A stretch of 63,888 nt of DNA, the filler included, from Squatina squatina (Eukaryota), in assembly GCA_031763465.1 (NCBI GenBank). It is 4 parts of 3 records of this genome, joined end to end, with 100 filler letters (N's around TTAATTAATTAA, not from the genome) between each part and the next. Parts side by side here need not be neighbours in the genome. Positions count along the whole stretch, not along the records: positions 1 to 13,592 come from JARFOE010000016.1; positions 13,693 to 31,160 come from JARFOE010000016.1; 2 more parts are not named here. One strand, 5' to 3'. The notes beneath the pieces were generated by a model, which was given only the letters and a program-made list of their open reading frames with translations, had not been told where the DNA came from and searched no databases. Position 1 is the first letter of the stretch; each line of letters starts with the position of its first letter. Shown piece by piece: positions 13,093 to 26,300 of this stretch. Both the position numbers and the translations under genes were made by a program.

Positions 13093-13592
13093 ATCCTATT
13101 GCAGCTTCATGCTACAAAACACTAACTGGTAAACACTGTCCTCGCTAAAAGCAAATAAAAGGAGGGGGTTTTGTGAAGAGACCGTGAAATGAAGCAATTT
13201 CAGCATTAATTGCTTTTCTCTACAGTTGCCAGCACAGCTCTGTGTCTTTCTGTTTTTTGATTTGGAATCAATGGTGGGTTGGGGGAGGGGAAAAGAAACA
13301 ACATTGCGAGCAGACACTTTTTTCAATTACACTACGTTAGTATGTAAGCTTATTGAACAAGGGTCAATTGAACCTGGGTGCTGACCAGCGCAAGTGTTTT
13401 AAGGATGTGTGTGATATTGTAGATTAACTGCTGTTTTTCTCAGTCCAGTGTTTTACAGATTCACTTGATCTCAATATGAGATAGCATGCATTTGAAGTTT
13501 TATAAGTTATATAGAAACACGCTAATCCATCTTGGAGTCAAATCAGGATGCACTTTTTCACACTTTTACCTTTCTGACATTTTGTAATACAT

Positions 13593-13692
13593 NNNNNNNN
13601 NNNNNNNNNNNNNNNNNNNNNNNNNNNNNNNNNNNNTTAATTAATTAANNNNNNNNNNNNNNNNNNNNNNNNNNNNNNNNNNNNNNNNNNNN
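13593..13692. other. Artificial scaffold-join spacer
   Basis: 44 N + TTAATTAATTAA (13637-13648; stops in all six frames) + 44 N. Confidence 0.97.
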
Positions 13693-14035
13693 CTTATTTA
13701 TTTCCTGAAATATAGCAGGCCAGCCATTAAAAAAATGGCGGCCCAGGTCCCCGGGGGGGAGGCGGAGAACCCTGGTTCCCCTTTTGACACCAAAGGCTTG
13801 TCTGATGGAACTTTTAGGCGGGCCTGTAAATGGGCGAGCTGTACTGAATGGGATGCTGCCTATGTATGCAAATCGGGATCCTATGCTGGCTGTAGGACCC
13901 CGCTTGCAATTTGCACGTACAAATGGGCTGGGCATGTGCCATGCACATTCTACCTATTTGTATGAGGCGACAAATGCCCGTGGCCTTTAAAGCAACTTAA
14001 GAAAAGGCCCAGAAATATTTTGGGGAAAATTTCTA
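13693..14035. mobile_element. GC-rich non-autonomous DNA transposon fragment (probably Harbinger-type)
   Basis: GC-rich island with aaaatggcggc and atgcaaatc motifs ending ggggaaaatttc; similar islands at 33640, 46370, 51285 and 62600. Confidence 0.4.
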
Positions 14036-14978
14036 TAGGGTCACGAGGTAGGGAATGCGCTGCTTGGCTCCACAAAACATCTTGCGGCCCACCCTCAACC
14101 TCGGCCAGATCTGCTGGCTGATACAGCATGGAAGCCAGCTGACTTACAGCGAGCTTCACCATTTGGTGCCCATAGCTCACCAGCTACATTCAAATAAGGC
14201 CCATACCAAAAGATGGCTAAGGCCTAACGACACTGGCTTTGGGCAGGCAGACATCAAGTTTAGTTCAGTTACAGAGGAAGTCTTATTCATATTTCATATA
14301 ATTTAGGTATATAATGAAATCTATAAGAGTATAATTTAATATGTTGCCCCTCATAGTATCATGAATATATATTCTCCAATTTTCATAAACAGAGAATGAG
14401 TGGCTTGTACTCAAAGGTGCAAGTCTGTTTTCAGACCTCATTTGAATCAGTACATCGGGTCCAATTCATCAAATGTACATATAGATGTGAAACTGAGACA
14501 TCAAGGTGCCTGCGTTGGTGGGAGAGTGTAATTACATCTGCCCAGTTTACATGGACAGTTTCCATTACTAACGTGAACACAGGAATTTATAATGGGAAAG
14601 TTGATAGAAAGTGTACACAGATGCAAGATTTTTTATATATTATAGATGAGATCTTCTCACCCGGCCTTAATACCATTTCCAATCCTTTCACTCACCATCT
14701 ATTCAAGTCTACTGCCTTTAATGTTTAAGTGGAACTACAGCACAAAAGGGTGGATATGCTAGAAGCTCAAATATTAATGGAACAAATCCAACATAATTTG
14801 ATTTTGAGAATCACTGACCCAAATACTTGAGATAAAAAGAAAAAAAATACAAATACCGAGAGAGTTAACTGATTTTTCAGCAGGTGTGGATGGATCTGTT
14901 GAATACTTCTATAGCTTGCAGTATGTTTCATATAAACCAATAAGCATGGGCAGTCATAATTAGTGCTTTCAGCAATAC

Positions 14979-15129
14979 CTGTGTTTTTTTTTGATGTCAG
15001 TAAAGATTTGAATGTGCTCAGCTCCTATTTTCTTGCGGTATCTCAGAAGGTCACCAGCACATGCATTTCGAAAACCTTCATCTGCAACCTCCGAGAACAC
15101 AAAGCCTTCAGCTCGAATAAAATCAGCAT
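14979..15129 (-). CDS. BtpA/SgcQ-family (F13E9.13-like) gene, internal exon
   Basis: tcctag acceptor and CAG|gtattg donor; (D)ADFIRAEGFVFSEVADEGFRNACAGDLLRYRKKIGAEHIQIFTDIKKKH(S); 151 nt, phase 1 to 2, splices in frame to the 18326-18506 exon. Confidence 0.92.
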
Positions 15130-16449
15130 CTAGGAAAGATAATATGATACTTCAGTCACAAAGTTTATGCTGAATACAGACATATTCTAAATTAAAAAAA
15201 CTAGGAAAGAACAGCAGATTCAGACAGCATCTTCCTCCACAGTGCTTATTGCCTACTGATTTCATGCTGGCTTTTGCCCAGCCCATGATGCAGGGATCTA
15301 AATCGAGACTGGCATTTTCATTTTGCCCTTATGTTCTTTTAATGCCAGATTGCTGATACTTAAGAGCAATCTGTGGCTTTGTTTGTGGGGAAGGTGGAGA
15401 AAGAGGAGAATGAACAAGCTGCCGCCCAGAGTTAGAGAGTATTGTGCATGAAACTGGGACATGGGGCCCAGGAATTAACAATGATCTCACTCAGTGATCT
15501 CAATAATGACCACTTTTAGGTTCAAAAACACTATTACTGGTTATATAAAGAAAACATCCCATATCATGAGCAGCCAGGGCCTCTGCACAAAGAAAGTACT
15601 TGGAAAACCCCTCACCGATTTCTGAGCCAACATCAAAACATTTGCAATTACCTTGTATTGGTTCGGTTCTAATTCCATAAAGGTAAAATTACATCTCAGG
15701 TGGGATTCATTGCCTACACCAAGTACAGGCAATCACTTGTACTTCAGAGCGCAACTTTCAAATTACTAGAGCCCCAAACTGCCACGTTAGCTCCTAATGC
15801 AGCAAGCTTTGTTGCTTCTCATTATCTGCATAATACTCCAGACATAAGCAGCATTAAAATCACTTTACTGGGGTCAAAGGAAGGTTACAATAATTCACAA
15901 AACAGCCAAGATCTATCCCCCATAACATTCAACAGAACTGTTAATATTTCTGATGAAATTCTGTGGTTGTACATCACCTTCACAAAGGCCCCATTTAGAA
16001 CGACTTGGCTGTGCTCCATCAAACCACTGAAAATATATCTGGGTGGGAATTAATCTGACCTCAACTTCCTTAAAAGATTCTAATAATTTGCAGTAAAGTT
16101 GGTTTTTATTCTGTCCTCCCTCACATACATACCATTGCAAACAACTTACCCACAGGTGCAAAACATCATTAGATCAACAACCTCATCAAACATGAAAGCA
16201 CTGCACAAAGCAAGGCTCAAGTTCAACTGACTTTAAAAAAAAAAGTCTCCTTGTGGGTTCAATGAGCCTCCACAGCCCTCTGGGGTAGAGAATTCCAAAT
16301 ATTCACCACCCTGAGTGAAGGAATTTCTCATCTCAGTCCTAAATGGCCTNNNNNNNNNNNNNNNNNNNNNNNNNNNNNNNNNNNNNNNNNNNNNNNNNNN
16401 NNNNNNNNNNNNNNNNNNNNNNNNNNNNNNNNNNNNNNNNNNNNNNNNN

Positions 16450-17800
16450 TCACCTAATTTGACCTCAGCAGGACTGGCGCGCCAAGTGTCCCCCCCACCC
16501 CCACACCCCGGGATACATGGCCCCCTAGCTTCCCTTTGCCGCTCACCCTGCTGCAGCCTGCTTCTTCCCGGTGCATCGTGACATGTGAGCCTATGGGGAA
16601 GGTATGTGCGTCCTAAATGCAAGGTGCATGTATCTGAGCTGGTGTTGGTGAGCGAGTGGAGTAGTGACGATGCAATGATTAACCCCTCCCCCTTTTCAAT
16701 CATGGGTGGCCCCTTCCTCCATCACACTACTGGGCAGGTGCTGGAATCACTTGTGAGTCATCTGCAATGACAAATAACACATTCTTAACATGGTTGAAAT
16801 GAAAGGTGATGCCCACAATGCTAATACAGACATTAATATAGCTTTATGCAGTGAGGTGTCTTCATAACTCCTTCAACACTTACCATTGTCGCCAGTCAGT
16901 GGATCGGCAGTGCCCTTGGCAACAGGGCCAACCATTTGAGGGCTAATTAATTCTAGTATCCTTTCTTCCAGGTCAGTCAAGGGCACAATTGCTACTAGTC
17001 TATTAGCAGACCTTGGCCTGCAAATGAATCAACAGTGTTTCAGCACCACTGCATGTCAACATCAGTGTGGTCAGCTTTTACTGAACATACAAGCGTCATT
17101 GCTGACAGCTGGGAATAGTCTTAACTTATCAAATGAGTAAGGAATCATGCCTGCATTTAGTGTTGAACTATTCATCTATGCTGCAATGACCAACTTCTCA
17201 GGCACAGTACAAGTGGCACTCACATGCACCAATCGAGTTATGTCATTAAACTTCTTCCGGCACTGGGTTGGGGTTCTCTGGTCCACATCTGATGCAGAGA
17301 CCTCGGTGGCTATGGCCTGCTACATCGTCCTGTAAACTGAGGGTGCTGGTCTTCTTCCCGATGGAGGGTATCTCCATGGCCGCCACCAAAGTGTCAAGTG
17401 CCGCATCTGTGAGGCGATGACTTCTTCTAGGCACTTGAGATATCTCAATGTTTCACAAGTACTTTTTCCAATAAATTTCACAGTGAGCACAATAAGCTGT
17501 GGGACTGTGAGTACCCAAGCTTTTATGAAAAACAAGGCAGTGGCAATGTAATTGCTTAATGTGATGTGTCACCTGAAACTGGTTGTAAAATTCAAGAGAA
17601 CGCCCCTCCAGCACCTCTCTGTAGCTCTCAGTGCCTGCGACAGGGCCGCACCTGGATTTCTCAAAAACTTAAAAAACAATTTTGCAAACCCCGGGCAATC
17701 GCAATGCTGGACGCAATTGGGGCTGCAGCGTTTGGAGCGTGGCACACATGAATTTAGGGGCCCCTGGTCTTAATGCGTGGAACGTCCCAACGTTCCCTTC
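16450..17800 (-). mobile_element. Degenerate Harbinger DNA transposon with Myb/SANT-like ORF remnant
   Basis: About 17230-17425 minus reads HRLTDAALDTLVAAM/(frameshift)YPPSGRRPAPSVYRTM*QAIATEVSASDVDQRTPTQCRKKFNDITR, a Myb/SANT (NAIF1/MSANTD-type) domain with a stop and a frameshift; outer limits uncertain. Confidence 0.7.
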
Positions 17801-18325
17801 ATCACAGCAAGCAATTGTTTTGTTACATTCTCTTTTGACATAGTCAAGTTAGATCTGGTTTACGCAGGTTATGTAAACTGCTTCTTTATAGCTACTTTTT
17901 AATAAAATTGGGATGCCACTATTTATTTGTTGGCTTGGAACTGATTGCTCTTTCTGCTATTAAAAAAGTCCATTTCATGGTTTTGGAACTATTAGCAAAT
18001 TTTCTCAATCATCAAGAAATTTTGCTTATGGCATTTTGGGTTGTTTCTTATGGAGTTTTTTCCTATGATTAGATGGAATCTCATCAAGAGGAGGATTTCA
18101 TGATACTTACATTCAAAAAAATCCAATCTACATTGTTGATTATCACAATTTCAAGATTCCCAAGTTATTACCAAAGCACTACAGTTAATTCCTACAAAGG
18201 TAGGATAAGTAAAATTGAAGATTGTTATTACTGCATCTTATGATTATATGTCAAAGTCTAAATGCAATTATTCTGTTCTTATACTCGATTTGTGACTCAA
18301 AGCAAATTTTTACTTATGGACATAC

Positions 18326-18506
18326 CTGCAGCAAGTGCAACTGCCAATGCTTGTTGATTGGCTGCAGAAAGGATCTGAACACCCAGAGGAAGGCTGGGAC
18401 AGGAATCTCTCACTGCAGCACAAATAGTTGCCATGGCAGCAGTCACTTCTGGACCAACAGTCATGCTGTAAGGAATATCATGCATATTTTCCACAATCAG
18501 TCCATC
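18326..18506 (-). CDS. BtpA/SgcQ-family (F13E9.13-like) gene, internal exon
   Basis: ctctccaaag acceptor and CAG|gtatgt donor; DGLIVENMHDIPYSMTVGPEVTAAMATICAAVRDSCPSLPLGVQILSAANQQALAVALAA carries the ENxxDxPY and PxGVxxL BtpA motifs; 181 nt, phase 0 to 1. Confidence 0.93.
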
Positions 18507-19984
18507 CTTTGGAGAGTCAGAAAAAGAAGAATTAGGTGAACAAATAAATACACTTCATCTTAAAGTAATGATCAACTAGTGTCATTTTTTTGTACTCATT
18601 CAGTGAGTTATTCCAAAGTCAAAAGTACTTTTTTTTANNNNNNNNNNNNNNNNNNNNNNNNNNNNNNNNNNNNNNNNNNNNNNNNNNNNNNNNNNNNNNN
18701 NNNNNNNNNNNNNNNNNNNNNNNNNNNNNNNNNNNNNCAAGAAATTCTGCTCCTTGCTGTGCTGTCAAAATCAGGCATTTTGTCATAAGTGGAAAAATAG
18801 AGCTCTTCTGCAGTGTACAGTTGAAAAACAGTGGTAAAGTTATGCTAGTTAAAGAATGGTGTGAAGTGCACTAGTATTGGTAGAAAGGAAAATGGTTCCA
18901 AGGCCCTAATGCTTAGTCATCAGTAATTTTAACTTATGTATATTTTTTAGGTATCTGCCTTGGCTCAGTTCTGAAAATGGTAGGGAAAGACATTTGAAAG
19001 AGGGAAGTGGTAGGCATCTCCCAGCTCCACAGCAGTACTGCTGGCTTGCTCCTGGCTCTGCAGGAAACATTGGGATCAATGCCCACACAAACCTGTCCCC
19101 AGTTTCTCTTCCCCAGCCTGACCCTGATTCCCCAGTTACCCACTAGTCTCTGTTCATCCTCTTCCAACCCAGTCTAAACCAACCTTAAGCATGGCATACA
19201 GTTGGATTAAACTGTCCTGTGGGCTGGAGGGGTTTGATACCCCTCTTTTATAGCAACCAATCTTTTCTGCTTTTGATTGAATAAGCTTGCTTTGTAATAG
19301 TAACCATTAATTTTTTTGTTCTCTTGAAAGCTATTAGATCTCTGTATCTTGGATCTCAAGTGTTTGGAGTTCACATATGGAGTTACAGCAGCTTCAGCTT
19401 TGTATCACTTTTCTTCTTGTGAATTAGTTCACAAAGTCTCAGGTAGGGTGATGCTTAAGCCAAATGTAAATTTTAATATCGCTAAAGTATTGCAATTAAC
19501 AAAACTCATCTGATGCTTAGGTTTTGAATGGAGTGAAATAGAAGGATGTGTGAAATGGATGGTTCCTTTTGCTATGGCCTTGAGGGAAGTGGGAAGTATA
19601 AAACTCAAGAATTTGAAAGGTGTCTGTCCGGAGGATGTGCATAATATACAGACACACTCCAGTGGATTGTCATTACTGGTAAGATTCATTTTGTATAAAC
19701 AGGACTTTATATATTGTACAACCATCTAAATTTAATTAACTGACAACAGAAACCATATGCAGATATTGGTTGCCTCTCATAGGATTTTTCTTCTGCATCA
19801 CCAGTAAGTTGGATCTTTGCATTTAGAGCTTATTTTTTTGTACAATCTATATACATAAACTTTCACTAAACAACAAATCTGAACTAATTTAGTTAAACTA
19901 GTTACTGTAGCCCATTGCCTTTTAAGTATCTTTACAATTAGTTTTTTTTCTGTCCCTTTCCCACCATGTACCAAGCTACAGATT

Positions 19985-21035
19985 TTAATTCATTCACATG
20001 CTGTGGGCATTGCCCTTGAGAAAGTGGTGAGCTGTCCTCTTGAACCACTATCCACATGGGGAAGGTACTCCTGCTGTACTATTAGGAGGGAGTGCCAGGA
20101 TTTTTGACCCAGTGATGAAGTAATGGTCATCTTTCCAAATTAGGATGTTGAGTTCCTGGTGTTCCCATGTGCCTCCTGCCTTTCACCACCCAGGTGATAC
20201 AAGGTGCTGTTGAAGCCTTGGTGAGTTGCTGCAGTGCATCTTAGAGATAGCACTCACTGCAGCCATGGTGTTGGTGGAGGAAGTGAATGTTTTAAGATGG
20301 TGGACAGGGTGCCAAGCAAGTGGGTTGCTTTGTCCTGGATTGTCAAGCTTGAGTGTTGGAGCTGCACTCATCCAGCCAAGTGGACAGCATTCATCACACT
20401 CCTGACTTGTGCCATGGTGGGAAAGGCTTTGGGAAGTCAGGAGTCACTTGCTGCAGAATACCCAGCTTCTGACCTCTTGTCACATTATTTGTGGCTAGTC
20501 CAGTTAAGTTTCTAGTCGATGGTGGGGGAATGATGGTGTATTTTAATGTCATGGGGAAGTGGTTAGATGTTCATTACCTGGCACTTAAGTGGCAAGTAAC
20601 ATTCATACCACATCTCTGCCCAAGCCTGAATGTTATCCAGGTCTTGCTGCATTTGGGAACAACTGCTCCATGATCTGAGTTGCAAATGTAACTGAACACT
20701 GCAGTCAGCGAACAACCCCACTTCTGATCTTATGATGGAGGGAAGGTCATTGAAGCAGTTGTAGATGATTGGGCCTAGGACACTGCCCTGAGGAACTTCT
20801 GCAGCAATTTCCTGGGGCTGAGATGATTGGCCTCCCACAACCCTCTTNNNNNNNNNNNNNNNNNNNNNNNNNNNNNNNNNNNNNNNNNNNNNNNNNNNNN
20901 NNNNNNNNNNNNNNNNNNNNNNNNNNNNNNNNNNNNNNNNNNNNNNNCTGAGCATTGGTGAGTAGTTGCTGCTTGATAGCCTTATCAATGACTCCTTCCA
21001 GGCCTTTGCTGATTTTGAAGGAAGTTCTCTTCTCT
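19985..21035 (-). mobile_element. Non-LTR retrotransposon RT and 3' region (degenerate, spans a gap)
   Basis: VVGGQSSQPQEIAAEVPQGSVLGPIIYNCFNDLPSIIRSEVGLFAD RT motifs; same family as 54150-54970. Confidence 0.85.
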
Positions 21036-21214
21036 CCTGCCCCGCAACCCCCTCCCCCTCCAAATCTGTGTTCCCATCATGATGTAGAGGACTGAGTCCA
21101 TGCTAGGAGGTGGACAAGGGCAGTGGCTTGGTTTTCCCCTCCTGGATGAGTTTCCATCACATTCTCTGATAGATGATGCAGCCACAACTGAACTTTCACC
21201 AATCTCCTGGCCCA

Positions 21215-21485
21215 AGCCTTGGCTCAGTGCTTGCATTTTAATGTCTGAGTTAGAAGGTTGTGGGATCAAAGCTGACATGAGTATTGAAAGTGCTGAGTTT
21301 TGGATGTTAAACCTGCCCCCTCGGGTGGACATGAGGCCAAATGGCACTATGCGATCTTGGCTGATATTTATCCAGTAACACACATTATCTGCCCATTGCT
21401 TGTGGGGATCTTGTTGCATGCAAATCTGGCTGTTCTTTTCCCTACAATGTACTTGGGATCATCATGAGGGACACTATCAATGCTT
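21215..21485 (+). mobile_element. Degenerate Deu-domain SINE
   Basis: tRNA-like head (ggctcagtg...tctgagttagaaggttgtgggatcaa) plus body similar to 2975-3315. Confidence 0.55.
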
Positions 21486-22379
21486 TCTAAGTTTTGTACC
21501 CCTATCTAAATGCCACTGAAAATTTGAGGAAGCCACTCTGTTGGTGATATTTCCTTTTTTATTGAACTGGAGTGTAGTAAATTTACAAGTTGGAAAGGGG
21601 GCCTTCCTCCAGTCAATTGTATCCTGCAACATGATTTAAGTCTTGTCCAATGAACTCGAGGCAAGTGAGCAACCATATAACTGTTTCTTTTATCCCCCTC
21701 CTTTTTTAGGATAAAGCTCTCACTAAGCAAGCACTGCTATTGGAGCAGAGTCGAAGTTCACCTGTACCTTCTGGAATTTTAACCCCACCACAAAGCAGTA
21801 AGAAACAGAACTCTGACGTGGGTCCTTGTGAAAGGCATCTGCAACCCTGAAACTACATTTAATAATGGGTGAATTTCTCACCTAGAAGTCTGAATGAGAA
21901 TATGCCTTAATGCAATGAACAGAAGGGGTTTAAGCGGACTTTCATGTGGCCTACCCTTGAATGCAGAAGATGGGAGTGGAATTTTAATTGCATTCTTGTA
22001 GCGGCAGTGTCACTTAATTCTGGATGTTAAAATTATCTACTTGTATAACTTTGTTTTTAATTGACCTTTTTTAAACTGATGGATTTTGCCAAGAACTCCA
22101 ACCAAATAAAGGGTGCTTTCCAAGTAATCCTGAATGCTGCTAGGGAGGGTGGCTCTCGGAAAAATGAACAGTAAGGTCACAAAGTATTGATTTATGAAAT
22201 TGTTTATGTACTTAAAGCTGCTATGTTTATTTTAAATAAAAAGGGGCTGTCAGGATACATCACTTGTGCATCTACATTCTTTGCCCTTTTGTATAATACA
22301 GGTGAATTGAGTGACAGTTGGCTCAACAGGACTTTTTAAAACTTCTTGGGTACTGTTCTGTTTATCCCACCCATCCCAC

Positions 22380-23395
22380 TCTCACAACTGCCATCAGCAC
22401 ACGTCCTTTTAAAAGACCAACCCTGTCCTTGTAAAGTACTGCCCACATCTCCCTTTCCTCAAGTCCTTTAATATATTGACTCTAATCCATGCCCATCTCT
22501 TCCACAATTCTGGTTTACAGAACTACATTCTGAATGGTACATTATCCCTTCAACTTCAGGAGAGGCAAACAGTTGCATCCAAGATCTTGTTGGTCATCAC
22601 CCTTCCTACATCTCCTTGGTGACATCAGACATTCTCTACTGTCCATCCACTGAAAGTTATTATCAAAGTCACATGACATCCTACGTGAGCATGGTAAACT
22701 ATCCCTTCTTAACCTGTCTGCAGATTTTAACATGGTTGACCATACCATCCTCCAACACCTCAGTCATCCAGCTGGGTGAAGCTGCACTTGCCAGTTCTAT
22801 TAAGTCATAACCAGAGAATCACCTCTACAGGCACCAAGAATCTATCCTTGGCCCCCTTCTATTNNNNNNNNNNCCTACATGCTGTGTCCCACATGTATAC
22901 TGACATCTAGCTCCCCTTGACCATCCATTGTTTCCTAATTTACAAGAATGCTTGGCTGAGCAGAAATTTCCTACAACTAAATATTGGGAAGACTGTCTTC
23001 AGTCCTCACCACAAACTCTTCCCTGGCCTCTGACTCCAACAGTTGGTGTAATATTTGACATGATCTGCGCCAATACAAAGATTGCCTAACTCCACCCCCA
23101 TGCTTCGTTACCTCTAGACTTGACTATTTTAAATGCTCTCTTCCTCTTCCCCACAACTCAAGATTTGTCCTCCTCCAACTCTGGCTTGTGCATTCCCTAT
23201 TTTAATTGCTCCAATGGCTGTATTTTCAGCTGAGCTTCAGTCCCTAAACCTTGCCACCTCTCTGCTCCTTAGAACCTACTTCGACCAAGCCCTAATATCC
23301 CCTTACATGACTGTCAAATTTTGTTTGATAAAGCTCCTGTGATGTGCCTTGGGATACTTCACGGTTAAAGGTGCTATATAAATGCAAGTTGTCAA
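22380..23395 (+). mobile_element. L2-type LINE fragment (highly degenerate)
   Basis: Pyrimidine-rich RT remnants (caagaatctatccttggcccccttct; tggctgagcagaaatttcctacaactaaatattgggaagactg) and aaggtgctatataaatgcaagttg tail. Confidence 0.65.
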
Positions 23396-26300
23396 ATTAC
23401 CTCTGAACACTGTCTTAAATGAGTTACAATTTCCTCCAGCTAAATTTTGCAGACTAAAGCCACTGTCTTGGGCAGAATCAGGCTGTTTGCAACCTCCTAT
23501 ATACCTTGTGACAGTGAGCTGAGATTCTGAGCCTGTAACTTCCTAACCACCTACCCTGAATTCCACATTTGCTGCTGAAACACTCACCCTTGTTGCCTCC
23601 AGACTTTATTTCAGTATTCTCTTGGCCATCACTTAAAGGTAGCAGGCTGACAGATCAGCACTTTAAGAAATGGGGAAAATGCCCTCTGCATTGGTACGAG
23701 TAGACAATGAAATCTGGATCCTTACTAGCAAGGTTGTGGAAACAGTTGTGTAGAGGTCAGTTTTCTTATTTCACACCTGTCCTGGTCTCCAACTTGTGTT
23801 TACACACTTATGGGCTAAAGTTCACTTCAGTCACATGCAGCTCTCCAATCAACATTCTTATACCAACATGTATGGGACAAGAATATTCGATGATTTAACC
23901 AATCTAACAGACTGGGTAAAGTTAATACAGACAACAACCCTAATCACTGAGTTGTGCTTACTGCATTTCTTCCCTCCTCTTCAAGTAATCTCCAGTGTTT
24001 TGTCTGTTTGGCTACCTTTTATTACCCACTGGATTCCTAACTTGAGTGTTTGTTCACTCGGTGACTCTTGCTGGAAAGTGCTTGTAAGGGCATCACATCA
24101 ATAGACAAATACCTACTGTCTAGGCTCACACATGAAGAATGGTTATCTGGCTCAGCTACCAGAGGGCAACTACCATTTCTGTAATCATCCAAACATGAGT
24201 CAGCACATTCTGGAGAGCAGAAGATAAAACTGCAATGTTTTAGTGAATAAATGTACTGCATGGCATAGGATTAAACCAGACAGACCAGAAAACTTCAAGC
24301 TTGATTCCTGGACTGTCTGAGTTAGCACATATACAATAGGGCAGCAGTTAATTGGCCCAAGTGCCCTTGCGTAAAGGCATGCTGGGGGAGAAAGAAAAAA
24401 AATCAATCTAAATTCCTGACTTGCAATTCTTACTGGAAAATGCATATGGGCATCATTCAAATGTAAAATCTCACCCATCTTTCACTATCTGCTGAGAAAG
24501 AAAAGGCAATTGGGCTGTCAGGCTCATGCTTAAGGAGTGGAAGGTGGTGGGGGTCAGGGGAGAGAGGAGGAGGGCAAGGGAAGAAAAAAAAACTTAGCTA
24601 AGCAAGCTGCAGCAGTAGTACTTGGAGATGATATGGGTGTCAGTACAAATCAGATAAGACAGCCTAGTCTGACCATCAAAAAGCCTGGCCCTATACCCCT
24701 CATCCAGATCTGTATTGTCCAGTAAAATGGAGATAAACATGCATTCTTAATCTGCATTCAGTGAGCTGTCGATTGGGATGCATATTGACACTGGTACTTT
24801 ATAGGAGTCTACTATTCTGCTCAAGTCTTTTCTGCAAGGTCCTGGGGAAGGAAAGAATCCAAATCCCACAGTGGCTAATATTAGGTCATTCCCTGAATAA
24901 AAATGTTGAAGACATTCAAACACAGAAGTCAACTGTACAGTAAGTTTAATGATTTAAAAAAATTCTTATACTAATCTTATTTGGATGGCTTTGGCCTGAG
25001 ATGACTAACCAAGATGGCAAACAATGATATTCAAAAAAAAGTGATTGCATCAATTGCCCTTTTTAAAGCTTGTAGCCGATTCCTAACTGCTGATTTTTGA
25101 CTGGTAGGTTTCATTTCTGCTCGTTTCAGTTGTGATTATATAAAAANNNNNNNNNNNNNNNNNNNNNNNNNNNNNNNNNNNNNNNNNNNNNNNNNNNNNN
25201 NNNNNNNNNNNNNNNNNNNNNNNNNNNNNNNNNNNNNNNNNNNNNNCATAGAAGTAACATCATATAAATATTCCCTTGCCCCTCTCGTATTAATTTTAAA
25301 CTACTCTTAAGTGTCTTTGTTTCAAATTTCACATCATTGTCCTTGTAATGACTGCGTATATTCTCCTGTTAAATCCCGGTGTCTAAGGTTGGTGTTTTTA
25401 AAGTCCTTTAAGTAGAGTGGTTTTAAGCTGTCTGCAACAAAGGCTATTGACGATAAGTATTTGGATACACTTTGAAGTAAGTAAAAGGATGCTGTGTTTT
25501 CCCTTGTACTCATCCTTAATATCCATACATTTGCAACGCAAGCATGTGAAATTAGAAATGCCGAAGAAATTTAAATATGATAAGAGGAATACGGGGAAGG
25601 GGAATATACAAGTACGGGACATTAGCTACAGATGCACGTGTCAATGATGTGTACATAGCCAAAAAAAAGTTAAGAGATTTTTGGTTCACTAATTATGAGA
25701 AAAGGGGTCATTACAGGAGTAGAGCAAAGTGGACACTCCAAGGGATTAAAGGGTGTAAGGACATTTTGGACAATGAAAGGACACAACAACAGGTCAGAGG
25801 AATAGGTGGAGTTTTGAGATTTTCTATATTTCTACCAAAGCACAACTATAAAATTGGGCTATGGTATATACAGCATTTTTAAATTTGCTTTCCTCTTCCC
25901 AAGCAATGATTAAAGTCGTATTCCCTCTGGAGGCTATAAATGTCAAGATTATATATTTTTAATTCTATTCCCAGATTTGCTGTATTCCACAGACGATAGA
26001 AATGGGGATATGGTTGTACTCTAATGGATTTTAAAATGACAGCAGAGATTGATTTTGCAGTGTGTCTTACTTGCCACACATCCAATACTCATTGAACATG
26101 CAGGGAATATATGTAAATCAATTGCAGGTGCATGCACATTTCTGGCACCAGACTGGCATGCAGAAATGACAGTGAGCAATAAACAGAGGCAGAGAAAAAG
26201 AAACAACGTAACAAAAATGACAGGGAGAAATAAGCACCTGCAGTAGGTTGTAGGTATTATTTCTAAGCTGTGATCAAAATGTTTCTGTTTTCTTTTTTGC

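Noticed and set aside
13637-13648. TTAATTAATTAA as a piggyBac target site or regulatory motif
   Set aside because: Occurs three times centred in identical 44-N flanks, so it is a synthetic six-frame stop linker
14979-18506. BtpA-family sequence as bacterial contamination or recent horizontal transfer
   Set aside because: Split by a canonical spliceosomal intron containing vertebrate-type repeats, with animal-type motifs (FIRAEGFVF, DIKKKHS)
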